Below are positions 17,017 to 41,865 of a stretch of 64,000 nucleotides of DNA, one piece after another. The stretch lies in the NCBI GenBank assembly GCA_963693365.1, contig CAVNZM010000005.1:6393167-6457166 (forward strand), read 5' to 3'. Numbering within the stretch: the stretch's first letter is position 1; each line of letters opens with the position of its first letter. Below the pieces are notes generated by a model that saw only the letters and a list, made by a program, of their open reading frames with translations, did not search any database and was not told the DNA's origin. Position numbers and translations under genes: made by a program. This DNA comes from Amoebidium appalachense. Lineage: Eukaryota; Protista; Ichthyosporea.

Positions 17017-18328
17017 CCCAAATCTAACTGTTTACAGATGCACTCCGAGGCCTATCTCCTGCATAGTCACGGGCATTACAGGCATGGACACATGCACATG
17101 TATACATGCAAACATGTCTGTGTATGCACGTATACATATAACAAACGGCTTCTGTACCACTCAATTTATATCTCCTATACCACTATTTCTATACAGAGTA
17201 TGCAATATGCAACTAAATGCACGTGCCCAATAGGCATTTAGATAGTCATGCTGAAATTTCGCCATCTCCCCCCAGCCACCGGCACCTATTCAGCAACAGA
17301 CCCCCCTCCCCGGTCGATTCAAGTGTGCCGAATTCCCCCGTCTCCACCACCGCACCCTCCGGACAAGAGTCTAAGCCCACAGTAAAGGTAAGGAAAGTTC
17401 AAACCTCCCGATAATAGACCCCCTCCTGATTGAAAATTGTGGCGGGCCTGCGCATGTAGATAGATGTATGTGCTGGTGAAGTGGATGGATTGATTGTATC
17501 TTCAGAGTTAGTATTGAGATTTTTAAGTGCTCGTGTGTGAAAATGATAAAGAAGTATGCATGTGTTTACAAAATATCTGATTTTTTTTGTTTTGGTGCTT
17601 GGTGGTGTGCACCATGCAAACATCAAATCTTCCCCCTTCGTTTTTTCCCAGCACCATACCCCCCCCCCCCCCCCCCCCCCCCCCCCTTCTTCACTCAACT
17701 CCACACCCTCCCTCTCCTCCAAAAAAAAATTAACACACATGTCCTGCGTCCCTCCCCCCTCCCCCCTTCCCCCCCCCCCTCCCTTGCTCCCTCCCTCCCA
17801 CAATACACACACATGCGCGCGTGCGCGCGCACAAACAGACACACACACACACACACATACACATAAACAAACAAAAATCCACTTTAAATTCATCGCCTTC
17901 CCCCCAGGTGGTACGTGGGAGGATAGCCGATGAGAGCAAGCCAGAACGATTCAATCTGCCCTGGACACCAGAGGAACACGTACAAGCCCCCCCCCCCAAG
18001 CCCCGTCTCCTGAGTTCCTATCTATATTTTTCTTGCTTCTGCTTACTGCTGCAACTTTAACCCCCGGCCTTTCCCACTGCCCTTGCCTGCATAAGCAACC
18101 CTGCTCGTCTCTGATCAAGACGGGTGACCTACTCATGTTCAAGTGAAACAGTATCTGAGTTGGGTTTCGTTAACGAGGGGAATAGGTCGAAACTCGGGTA
18201 CTGTGGATGACGTGGGCCCCCCCTGAGGATGGGCTCTGCTTATTATGCATACTCTTTATGTATGGCTTGCATTCTGCATCGTGTTATCCGTTTGTTCTTG
18301 TGTACTTCGTACTTTTTGACGCATTCAA

Positions 18329-18372
<44 letters not shown>

Positions 18373-18615
18373 ACACACACACACACGCACACACGCACAC
18401 ACACGCAAGCAAACAAAATCACACAATCACACACCACCCAACCCTCTCTCTCATCCTCCCTCGGGTTTTTGTGGCTAACTTGGGCCTTCCCTGAGGATAG
18501 TCTCTACTTATGATGCATACTACTTATGTGTACATCGACCTTGCACTGTGTTGTTCTTCGTGAGTGTGTACTTCGTACGCTGTAATGCATTCAATCCCTT
18601 CCCCCCATCCTCCCC

Positions 18616-18708
<93 letters not shown>

Positions 18709-19067
18709 CGCGGGGCGCGCACACACACACACACCTGTTCACCCGCCCCTTCTTTCCTCAATTCATGGAAATAACAGTATTCACGTCTCCCTCAATCATA
18801 CTGTCACAGAGGGGTTTGTAGCCAAACTTATCATCTTTTGATTCAAACAATTTCCGTTTCCATTATAACCCTGTTCTCCCCCAACCACCACCATCACCAC
18901 CTCACCAACTACACCTACGAGCACACACATTTTCCTGAATTATTCAACCCTGAACTGTGCGTCTTGCCTCCTCTCCTGCCGAAATCCGTGCCTGACACAG
19001 GAACACACACACACACACACACACACATGCTCGAGCGTATACACACACGTACGTGCATACACGTACA

Positions 19068-19132
<65 letters not shown>

Positions 19133-19629
19133 CCGAACACACACACGTACAGGCACGGCTTGTGGAGCTGCTAGACGTCTACCCGGAGGAGGAGGTTGCA
19201 GCCCAGAGATGGGAAAAGATCAGCAAGGCTTTAGGCGACCGCACACCAAAGCAGGTGTGTGTCCTAAATTCCTATGAGCCTTCCCTTTTAATGTCTAAAA
19301 CGATACGATCGAACACCTTTTCTTGTAAATCTCTGAATCGATACGAACGATACGGTCAGCGCAAAAAAATCCCAATGAAGTTTCGGTGAAACATTGTCGC
19401 ATGCATGAACGAATGCATCCAATATCTGAAGTATTTTTGGTGCCTTTGGTGTTTTTTCGTAAGTGTACACGGTTGCGTTTCTGTTGGAACGCGTCATAAG
19501 TGTACGATTGTGTAAGTGAACACGGGTTGTTTCAAGCAATAACACGTGCATTTTGATAATAAACAAACTGTCTGCATTGGGTATGACGGTACAAATTTGT
19601 TGACACAGACGCCTGGATTTCCCCCTTCC

Positions 19630-19726
<97 letters not shown>

Positions 19727-19818
19727 TGCCAGCCGCACCCAAAAGTACTTCATTAAACTTGCTAAGGCCGGCCTACCAGTCCCGGGCCGAATGCCAAATC
19801 TTAGTGCCGTATGCAATC

Positions 19819-19864
<46 letters not shown>

Positions 19865-20218
19865 GGCAAAAAAAAAAAGAAAGAAAAGAAAAGAAAGAAA
19901 GAGAAAGAAAGAAAGAAAGGAAAGGAAAAGAAAGGAAAAAGGAGAAGAAAGAACGAAAGAAAAAAATGAAAGGAAGGAAAGACAAAAACATAAGAAAAAA
20001 TAGGATATCGGATGATAATAAGTAAGAAAGCAAGTAGCGGCACAAGAAAGTGAACGGGAAAAGGAAAACACTTTCACCATCAACACAAACACACACGTAC
20101 CACTCAGCTGCTTTTTATCAAATGGCAAAAAAGAGAGGCGGGAAGGATGTGTGTTTGTGTGTGTGAGTGTATGTGTGCATGTGTGTGTTTAGTTCCTCTT
20201 GTAGCACGCAGGGCGCGC

Positions 20219-20258
<40 letters not shown>

Positions 20259-20305
20259 GTGATATCACGTTGCTGTTAGGTCTTTTATTGTCCCCCCCCC
20301 CCCCC

Positions 20306-20343
<38 letters not shown>

Positions 20344-20517
20344 CGCTCACCCTTTCAACCCTTCGACCCCGGCACCACCTTCACCTAACACACACGCACA
20401 CCCACAGACACACACACACCACCACCACCACATGTCCCCACCCTCCACCACCCTTTTTGCTCACACTCATAGTGTCTATGCCTGAAACTTTTGCTGACTC
20501 TGAAACGTTTGCTGACT

Positions 20518-20553
<36 letters not shown>

Positions 20554-20630
20554 TGCAGTACATTAAACCCCAAAACAAGAAGGGGGGTCGTCGGCCAGGA
20601 AGACCCCTTGGGTATGTTGTCAATCATAGC

Positions 20631-20661
<31 letters not shown>

Positions 20662-20816
20662 TCTGTGTGATGGTTTTTGGGCCCCCAGAGGATAGGCTCT
20701 ACTTATTATGCAGACTCTCTTTATGTGCACTTCTCTATAACACAATCCCCCCTCACCTCCACCCCCGTTTTCCCAGAACCACCGCTCTCTCTCGCTTTTC
20801 CCTTAACATACACGCG

Positions 20817-20899
<83 letters not shown>

Positions 20900-21873
20900 A
20901 CTCTATCCACCTCTTCACCCATCTCTTCCCCAAAGTCACCCCCACTACCGTTGAAACTCACAAACAGCCCCCCTCCCCCTCCTCCTCCTCCTCCTCCCCC
21001 TCCCCCCTCTTGCCTGGATTATTTGATTACAACTCACTAGAACTACATTTCATGGTTGTTTGCTGACCAACACCCGTATTTGATTATGAAAGGAACTGAA
21101 CGACTTTGTCGACCTTTCCCAATGACATGCTTCCCTCCCTCCCTCCCTCCCTCCCTCCCTCCCTCCCTCCCCTCCCCTCCCTCCCTCCCCCCCCCTCCCT
21201 CCCTCCCTCCCTCCCCTCCCTCCCTCCCTCCCTCCCTCCCTCCCTCCCTCCCTCCCTCCCTCCCTCCCTCCCTCCCTCCCTCCCTCCCTCCCTCCCTCCC
21301 TCCCTCCCTCCCCCCTCCCCCCCTCCCCTCCCTCCCTCCCTCCCTCCCTCCCTCCCTCCCTCCCTCCCTCCCTCCCCTCCCTCCCGACGGCGATTCTTAC
21401 TTAAATAAATAGACATACCAGACGGTATAAAGCAATCAATGCGCACGAATTAGTTTTAACGACTATGTCGGCATTTCTCGAGCGTGACATCGTCATGACG
21501 TTATATTTTCACCATATTCCTCGTTTCCTAAAAACAGTCAATCTACATGTGGTGTCGTGACATAGATCATTGACATTCTCAATGACGTTATTATCAGATC
21601 AGTGACATCATAAATAACGACATTGTGTTCATGTAAGCGACGTCATAATCGAGAACGGCCGACGTAGGCCCTGAACTGACGCTTTTTCACCTGCACAGGA
21701 CAACGTCATTTGACAAGCCGACAGTGTACATGTCTGATGATGAGGGAGGGGAGGTGGAGGATGTGGATCCAGAGTTGAGAAACAGCGCTGAGTACAGGGT
21801 GGGTATTCCGGCGTGTGGCAGGCACACTTAGAAGAATACATGCAGAAAAAAGCAAGAAAGCACGTGTGCACAG

Positions 21874-21939
<66 letters not shown>

Positions 21940-22062
21940 GCACACACACACACATACCATATGCACGGATATACTCGCACACGTGAAACCCACTTATGCA
22001 AACACATCCACATGCACACACGTGTGTGCGTGCCCCCCCCCCCCCCCTCCCCCCCCGGCCAA

Positions 22063-22117
<55 letters not shown>

Positions 22118-22282
22118 GAGTACAAATGTATATTCAGAATTTGTTATGCTTGGTAACAGCCTAAGTACACATTCACCATCTGTGGGTGAGCGCGCATGAA
22201 TGCACACAAACACATGTGCATACGTATGCAAATAGACACACCCACACCCAACTCGCCCAAGCTCACCCACTACATGTCTCTC

Positions 22283-22314
<32 letters not shown>

Positions 22315-22340
22315 ACACGTGCAAGCACGCGCGCGCGTGT

Positions 22341-22406
<66 letters not shown>

Positions 22407-22988
22407 GCGCTGATAGTATCGTGGGTTTCCCTAGTGGTTTACTAGCACAGTGGTCTCTTCAATGGCGTGGTAATCGGTTCCTGATGTTTCCTAGACGGTG
22501 GTGCGCTAGTGGGTCACACCCTTGGTGCCGTAGCTGTGTGGGCCGGTGTATTGTGTTCCCATTTGTTCCGTTAGCCACTCAGGCCTCTTTTTCTTCCACA
22601 CTCCTCACCCACCTATCCACTTCTCGTCACCCTGCACAACACTTTACCATCATTGACTTCCTTCTTAACACGGGTGATTTTCTCACTGCCCAACTTTGTT
22701 TCCAATACCTGCGCGCTCACGTCACACACGTAATACAACCACCCTCCCAACCTGGTTAATTAGCTCCTTTTCTTTCTTCCTTTCTTTCTTTTTCTCTCCC
22801 TTTTTTTTTTGTGTGTGTGTGTTGTCATAGATACTGTGTCTGTAAGGTGTGTGACTTTAGCGGTGGTGGCCGTGTAATAGGTACCATTATTAAGGGGTGG
22901 CTCTCGTCTGTATTATGATGTACATATATCATGCATATGGGGCACATGTTGTGTTTCCGGATTGGCCGGAGGGAGCGGCCAATAATGA

Positions 22989-23042
<54 letters not shown>

Positions 23043-23152
23043 ACAGGAGCTGCTACGCCTCACCAAACTTCGTGAGCGCAAACGACGTGAGCAAGTTCTG
23101 TCCGGAGAGATTGTCCACGAGGGATACAGAGTAAACCCCCCCCCCCCCCCCC

Positions 23153-23217
<65 letters not shown>

Positions 23218-23824
23218 CCCTCCCCACCTCCCCACCTACCTCCAAACTCCCATCACGCCTCTCCCTCCCTCCGTGTCCATTTTGCTATCCCCCCCCCCCC
23301 CCCCCCCCCCCCCCTCCCCCCCCCCCCCCCCTCCTCCTCCTCCTCCTCCTCTTCCACCTTCTCCTCCTTTCTCTTCCTCTTTCTTTGTCTCTGTTTGCTG
23401 TCTTCTCTGTCTCTGTGTGTTTGCAGTGTAACGGGTAAACCCCGAGTTTCACATCTCCACTTCCTTTTTTGAACTTTCAACCGTGCACTATGATTTACAG
23501 TATCAACGGGCTAACTCGCCGCACACCTATATTGTCATACATTTATTCTTATATTAGCCGTGCATCCTGGCTTGCAATGTAAAAACGCCAACCAAAAAAG
23601 GCCAACCAATCGTCCATATACATTTAGCAATTAAAAATTTAAACTTTTAACGTTGGCATGTGATTTGCAGTGTGACGGGTGCAGCATGGAGCCCATCATA
23701 GGTGTACGGTGGGCCTGCACACAGTGTCTCGACTATGACAGTGTGGATTTGTGTGCTGCATGCCACGACAGTGGCTGGGAGAATGGTAATATCCCCTTCC
23801 CCCCCCCCCCCCCCCCCCCCCCCC

Positions 23825-23860
<36 letters not shown>

Positions 23861-23938
23861 TGTGGAGAGGGCTGGGCTTGGATTAGATTCCTTTTATTTT
23901 GTGTGTGGACGCCGGTCGAAGCTTTTTGTGTGGGTGGG

Positions 23939-23977
<39 letters not shown>

Positions 23978-24256
23978 TCAACACCCCAACCCAGGAGTAT
24001 ATGACCGTGTTTCCGAACAGGGCAAGTGGGAGTGATGACTAATACTTTCGTTCTTCTTGCGTGTGAATAAAATAACTTGTCGAAAAAAAAACATTGGGAA
24101 AAGCATGCACCTGATCTTGGTCCAATCACAGAGCTGCACCGCACGCATCACGTGATGGACCGTCACGTGACCCCCGAGGCACCCTACTATGTCGATGACG
24201 ACTACACGTCCTTCAACGAGCAGAAGGGGGAGTACAACTACTTGGACCCCGTACGT

Positions 24257-24299
<43 letters not shown>

Positions 24300-24380
24300 A
24301 CCCACCCACCCACCCACCCACCCCCCCCCCCCCTGCTCCCACTCACATACGGAAGCAACATTCATTTCATAGCACTTCTT

Positions 24381-24458
<78 letters not shown>

Positions 24459-24956
24459 CCCTCCCCCCCCCCCCCCCCCCCTCTTCCCCCCCTCCCACAA
24501 CCACCACCCCCTCGCCCTCACGCTCCCCCTCCCTTCCCCCCCCCCCCCCCCTCCCCCTCCCCCCCCCCCCCCCCCCCCCTTTCCCTCCTCCTGTTCGACC
24601 CCCCGTCACTCCCGACACACCCTCGCCCCTGAAACCCCCCGTCCCATCCATCCCCTCCCCCCTTCTCTCCTCGTTGTATTCGCTTTTTTCATTCTTGATT
24701 GCATTGTCCATCATAATTTTTTTTTTCGTACTGTGAATCTTGTTGCCCTCTTCCCCAACCCCCTCCCCTTCCCCCCGCCCCTGGCCTGGCGGTCCTTCCC
24801 CTCCTCCTCCTCCACCTTACTCCGCTATCAACGCACCCTCCTCCCATAAGGATTCATGTCCTTCCCCTCCCCCACATTGCATGCTCTTGAATTTGCTTTT
24901 GTGTATCTGCTATGCGATGTCGAATTGATGTTATACTTCGTGCTGTGTATTAATAA

Positions 24957-25010
<54 letters not shown>

Positions 25011-25101
25011 CCCGCCCGCCCGCCCGTCCATTCTTTCCTCCGGTCATGCTTTGGCGTTTTCTGCATGTTTTGCATGCATACCAGCATGTTTTCTATCTTT
25101 T

Positions 25102-25153
<52 letters not shown>

Positions 25154-25188
25154 TGTTTTTTTTTTTTGTTTTTGTTTTTTTCCCTGGT

Positions 25189-25228
<40 letters not shown>

Positions 25229-25305
25229 ATACGTTTGCACACTGGGATTGATTCTGATATATGCCTCTATGCCCGCAGAATTTCCGCCCTGGGGCGCAGT
25301 ATTGA
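13001..25305 (+). CDS. ZZZ3: ZZ-type zinc finger protein 3 (Myb/SANT plus ZZ domain; ATAC complex subunit)
   Basis: Phase-consistent exons 13001-13068 (tentative; alternative ATG at 14221), 14193-14324, 15404-15542, 16264-16330, 16448-16495, 16662-16719, 17276-17387, 17908-17979, 19153-19254, 19725-19808, 20559-20611, 21699-21798, 23047-23130, 23671-23785, 24132-24250 and 25279-25305. Motifs: [99 protein letters not shown]...DLCAAC, YNYLDPNF. Confidence 0.93.
13462..14040 (+). CDS. Orphan 192-aa Ser/Arg-rich protein with five FL[S/A]-centred repeats, nested in or ahead of ZZZ3
   Basis: Uninterrupted ORF in a microsatellite-free stretch, downstream of a strong acceptor (ttttctctctcag ending 13275). 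Repeats: [47 protein letters not shown]. No family recognised. Confidence 0.5.
   Translation: MEKGDYTTVDTQSFLANDERKPLKQKTRSSSGSDVASSRSPPRPQNQDFSSLFLAATDTKKNRSTRPPRRGSLEKDVTDAFLSATSSRVKKNDVAPDTSETPTTPYAPAFSFESVLSFFHVSLLRASSSSSTEEESAKSERQCTSVFLSTIDRGNGRKCLEREHDNTSSFLSSVDRAYSRHRDQPERTCIKI
17998..18330 (+). mobile_element. Non-coding poly-C-flanked retroposon, 5'-truncated copy (333 bp)
   Basis: Nearly identical to the reverse complement of 34626-34957 (I saw one substitution and one indel in an A-run). Flanked on both sides by poly-C. Confidence 0.85.
18470..18600 (+). mobile_element. Diverged 3'-end fragment of the same poly-C-ended family
   Basis: tgggccttccctgaggatagtctctacttatgatgcatac...tgtgtacttcgtac...gcattcaa followed by a C-run aligns with 18213-18330. 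Confidence 0.75.
20661..20752 (+). mobile_element. Short diverged 3'-end fragment of the poly-C-ended family
   Basis: tgggcccccagaggataggctctacttattatgcagactctctttatgt matches 18213-18262 and lies between C-runs. Confidence 0.7.
21463..21667. mobile_element. Putative old MITE (~205 bp) with imperfect terminal inverted repeats
   Basis: ctatgtcggcatttctcga (21463-21481) versus the reverse complement of tcgagaacggccgacgtag (21649-21667), 16/19 identical. Internal repeats of gtgacat and atgacgttat. No clear target-site duplication. Confidence 0.5.
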
Positions 25306-26191
25306 AGGGCTAGACCGTCAACGTGGTAATGCTGCAGCCGTGATTATCTTCCAATCAAAACGAGTTGGCTGCTATAAGGGCATGTTGGAGAACCCGCCAG
25401 TATATCCATCCATTGTTTCGGTTTAGTGCCGATTTCCCGAAAAAAGTATACCGGTTGTAGGACAACTCATCATCGTGTATGTAATTGTGGTGGCGGTGGG
25501 TACCGTGCAATAGTTGCTCTTGTGTGCCTTGTGTGAGTATTGATTTTGGGTTGGTAAGTGTTGCACTTCTGCTATTGCGAACTTTGAAATCAGGGTGTAT
25601 TTTGGTTTTTGTTTCCTGTTTTTTTGTTTCTGTTTGTTAAGATTGCATGGGACTTACATATTGAAAAGTAATGAGTCCGAAGGGCCGGTAGTAATTGGTT
25701 GCTAGGTGAATGCAATGGCACGAATGTTTGAAATGTTCAATTTGTGATTTTTTTAGACGGACAGATACGGATAGACAAAGCACACGCACGCAGACCCATG
25801 TGTTCGTATTCGAGGACACACACACACACACACGCGCGCGTGCGCCACATAAAGGTTATCATAAAACTTAATTCGGACTTCACCGTGTGACACGTCGTAC
25901 ACACTGGCACACACACACACACACACACAGTGACACACACACACACACAGTGACACACACACACAACCTGCACGCCCAACACTCCGCGCTGTCACTAACA
26001 TACACGTAGTAAGCTTGCGACGGTTAATCTTCAAACCATGGTAAAAGAGTAACCAATAAAAGATGGTGTCGGCTGGGCAAAGGATGGAAAACAGCAGCTG
26101 TTGCTGTTACTGACTCTCCGAGTCATAACCACTCACCTGTGCGTGTGTGGCGCACACATTCCACGCTCGCGCGTGCGCATACATAAGCACA

Positions 26192-26258
<67 letters not shown>

Positions 26259-26671
26259 ACCACCACCACCACCACCAAACAAACGGAAAAAAAAAACGAA
26301 AACGGACCACCCGGCCACCGGCCCATATAAAAGGCTCAGCCCACCAACCCCACGGTGACAACAAAAAAAGCACATATAGATACGCGGGTACATCCCAACC
26401 TATCATAGCACAGTATACGTAATACACACATCCATTCACAAGAATGCCGGGAACTCACGCCAAAAACAAAAACGGATAAGGAGCCGGAATTCCGCGAAAA
26501 GAACTGTAATATGTTTGGCCCTGTTGCATCATGGTCTGATGATGATGCCCCGATTTATGTTTGGAGACTCACGAAAGAATCGGATATTGATGCTCGAATA
26601 TTGAAGTGGAAGCCGTGGTCACGGGCTCAAATGGCCTCGTCAATTTACCTGTTATTTTTTTTTTTTTTTTT

Positions 26672-26702
<31 letters not shown>

Positions 26703-29286
26703 GGGGCAAGAATCACGCACCACGTGCACTGAGACCTTTTTTGGCCATGCGCGGCCGCGGAGCTCCGAGACTGCTCAGTTCTGGCAATAGATCTATTTGA
26801 AACTATTGGCCAATCAGGTGCAAATCGCAATTTGAATAGATCTCGAATGGTGCTGGAGCTCGTCGCCCTCGCCGGCCAGGCTCACAGTCTCACAGTGTGT
26901 ACTCGCAGCGCCGTATGCACCAAGGCACGTATTTACACCTCTGCGTAAACAAAAACCCTGCCCACTTTCTGAACATGGCGCTAGTGCATTTATAGAAACG
27001 GGCATGCACGGTGTGTGCGTGTGTGTGCCTGTGTGTGGGTACATACATGCTTACAGTCGGCGTCCGCGAATAAGAGACTCCACGAATAAGAGATCTAGCG
27101 CTACCAAAGTTGGGGGGACAAATATATGACGCCATAGTTTGTTATAGAGTGACGTCATTTTCTCATATTTGAGAATAAGATGCTTTAGCGTTACCCCCCG
27201 TGGAGGGAGTCCCTTATTCGTGGACGCCGACTGTATGTGCTGCGCGCAGGAAGACTACCCAGCTGCAGGCTTCCTTGATTTTTCGAAGCCACTCAATGTA
27301 CTTATGACTCTAACTAATAATAAGTGTATACGACCACAAACAGCAAACTAGATGGAGGACACACAGACAGCCATTCTTCACACCACGAACAGGAAAGATG
27401 TAAACGCGCAAAAGAGCGGCATGGACGCTCTAGCACGGCAGCTGTGCGGCGCCCCATGCCGTTTCATCACCTTCTACAACGGTAAAAACGAAACACGGGG
27501 CGAGCTCATTACCTCGTTGTGCGGCGTTCAGATAAAACGCACGGGTGACGGCCTAGCACGGTTGGAAAACATGCAACTACGAAGGGGAAACACAGAAAGC
27601 AGTGTTCGTTCGGTGAAAGCATCTGTCGCCCCACCCCTTGCATCAACTACCTTACGCACTTGCCTGCTTGACGTGAACATCCCAATACTGTACCGGTTCC
27701 GGAAAGCTGTCTTCTGAATGGCCACTTTCCCCGTCGGAGCACCTCTCGATGCTAGGAGAGGTTTCGAGAATGGCAGGAGAGTGTGCGGAACCCACCAACA
27801 CAAGCGCATTCCTTGCCCTACACAACGTGCCACTCCACATATTTACCGAAAGCATGACAATGCGGCGTGAAAAAGGCCGGGTGTACAAGAAACTCAAAGT
27901 TTCGCATGAATTAATGTTTTCGATGTGTTCTGCCGTCGTCTTTCTCGTTTCCCCTATAGCCGTTTACTTCACAGCCACCAACCTTTTGCCGCTTTTCCTG
28001 CTACCTATTGCATACCCTCTCCTGCAACGTGCAAAAGCCGAAATGTGCCGTAATATCGCACGAACACACGTGTTGCGCACGTGTGGAACAGCGTTCCGTC
28101 TTCACACACACCAGCCGAAGAGCATACCTTATCTCCAACCATCACAGATAATGTCCTGGCGTTAGCTGTGAGTGGAGTCTTGTGGATATATGGACACGAA
28201 TGAACTACCGAACAAATGAACTTCTGAAGAATTTTTTTCACTGAGTCAGACAGAGCGTTGCTTTGACAGGAATTTTGTAGTTAAGGTATGATTGATGACT
28301 CTCTTGTCAACAATGATCGGAGAGCCTATATTACTTTTCAGTGTCAATGTCGAGAACGTGTGACTCTAGGGGATGGCTTCAGCATTTTCATGTAAGTGAC
28401 CCATTTCCACTGCCCCAAACTCGAAAGGTTCGCCAGAGCTCTGCATTCAGGAGAGGTAATAATACTGAATACACACATTGCCATCTTACCTGCTTACATA
28501 CAGGTTGTGTAAAAAAAAAAAAAAAATAGGCACAGAAAATCTAAGAGACAGATGCAAACAAGCGTTCAGAGCCTAAATATGAACCGTTCTGACGGACATA
28601 TGCGAAATCATCTGAAACGTGTGCACGCTCGAGCTCGGTGACTCTCCACATGGCAGTGGTTATTCCGTCACACAGTCTCTCATTGTTGATGGTTTTTGTT
28701 GAGGGAAGAATTTGCCGAGGGAGACATGGTGGGCACCAAATGAGCCTTTTTTTACCGTGCAAGCGAACGTACCGGTTGAAGAGAAACTGCAAGAGATATG
28801 CAGGGAGTTTTCATATGAGGGCACCTAGGGGCACAAATATTGGCTTCAAGTTAACAAAACAGTGTTTTTGAGATTACACAAGTGTGAGTGATACAGAGGC
28901 AGAGTCTGAATGATGTCGGATGAGTTCAGATTTTACGGGTGATCAGTGACGCTGGTACCTTCATTTGTGGGTGACCATTTTCAGGTGCATAACACAACAC
29001 GATTCGAATGAGCTAGCGAATTGCATTTATATGCATTCAATGGTGTAGAGGGATTGGTCACTCAACTGTGTCATGCTAGGGACCAGGGATACATGCCAGC
29101 CAATGTTGAAAATTTGATTGTGGGTAAGTCTTCAAATGATCGCTCCCTTTTCTTTGTCTTCTATGGGCATTAGCCGTGCTGCACCCGATTCAGAATACTC
29201 GTCTATGTCAACCTAGTCTCAGATGCACAACCCATCAATAGGGCAGCACGTCGCCGATAAGATGTGTGGTTGCAGCCTGGCATGCA

Positions 29287-29329
<43 letters not shown>

Positions 29330-29919
29330 TTCCCCCCCAGCCAGGAAACTGCAGCTGTACGCTCAGTAAATCTCAGTGGATATTGGCCTTGTTAAGTTGA
29401 ACCATGTTGGTGGCTAGTCCGAGCATGCATTCATGCGGGCGTGTGTGCGCCTAAGGCTTGAGGTGAGTCCATGTTTGGTTACATTTGTGTTTGCAGGTCG
29501 CACACGTGCACCGTTGATGCAGAGCATGATAGTCTTTGCATGCTAGTTGAGCAGTTGAGTGCACGTGCGTGTGAAGTCTGACTCAAGTCAAGGTTCCTAA
29601 CACGTACTGACGTGTTGCCGCACGTGCGACGTTATACATCTACTTGTGGCGTTCCTTTTTGCCCAAAAAAAAAAAAAAAGAAAGAAAGAAAAGAAAAGGG
29701 AGACACCGCCTCAGTAGGTGGTAGGGCTCAGGCTCAAGCAGTCGCCGATCTGGTCGAATCTAAGTGTTTGCGCAAACATCAAGGATGGATCATCCCGGCC
29801 CCTTCGAATCTCCCGCCCTCATCAACAGACTATACTTTCTACCTCCCTTGGCTTGGGTAGAAGATTTGATATGGTGCCTTAAGTAAATGTGGGCGGACTC
29901 GTGAACAAGCAACGTGTAT

Positions 29920-30268
<349 letters not shown>

Positions 30269-30584
30269 GTGTGTATGTGTCTGTGTGTGTTTCTTCTGCC
30301 CGGGGCCAGTTTTGAAATACTCGCTACAATCCTTATATTTTCGTTAAAATATTAGTACCTGCGGCATGCATCAAATGCCTTGTTACGCCAAGTTCAATAC
30401 TCGAACACATGTCGTCCTACACATGCACATTACCAACCTACAGTTATCACCGATGCCAAACATCGCGTCCATATCTACACATAATTTAGCTCTTTGGCAA
30501 CTGTTGAAAAAAATGTTTGGATTTGATCAATGAAACAACTGAAAGAGGCCTGAGAGACTGTCATAATGGTCTTTCAAAGAGGGG

Positions 30585-30657
<73 letters not shown>

Positions 30658-30921
30658 CGCGTGCACGGGGGCGCGATTGTGTGCGCGTGTGCGAGTGTGT
30701 GTGTATGTGTGTGTGTGTGTCACAGTGTGTGTGTGTGTGTGTGTGTGTACATGTGTCACGATGTGTGTTGTGTGTGCACACGTGAACCTTTGTTCCCTGC
30801 CCCTCACTCTCTATGCCTTACCCCATATTTCTCTCCCACGTGTCCCCTCCCCCCCCCCCCCCCCCCTCCCTCCCCCCCTTTCCCCCCGACCCAGCACACA
30901 TACACCACATGCGAGGAACTC

Positions 30922-30962
<41 letters not shown>

Positions 30963-31103
30963 CCCCTCCCCCCCGCGTCCGCCCGCCCGCCTGCCAGCAC
31001 GCACATGTGCACACAAAGGCACACGAACACACAGGCAGAAGCTGTACAGATGCACATTCACACGCCCATACACCAACACAGACACGGACACACTCACACT
31101 GGT

Positions 31104-31134
<31 letters not shown>

Positions 31135-31142
31135 TACACCCA

Positions 31143-31173
<31 letters not shown>

Positions 31174-31183
31174 TAGCCGTACA

Positions 31184-41865
<10,682 letters not shown>

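Noticed and set aside
18104-18176. Possible hammerhead ribozyme (CTGATCA...GAAAC...GTT)
   Set aside because: The core reads CUGAUCA rather than CUGANGA, and stems I and II do not form in register. The segment folds better as a simple hairpin.
26536-26600. CTGATGA...GAAA resembling a hammerhead core or C/D snoRNA box
   Set aside because: No stem I partner, a mismatched base of stem II and no suitably placed D box.
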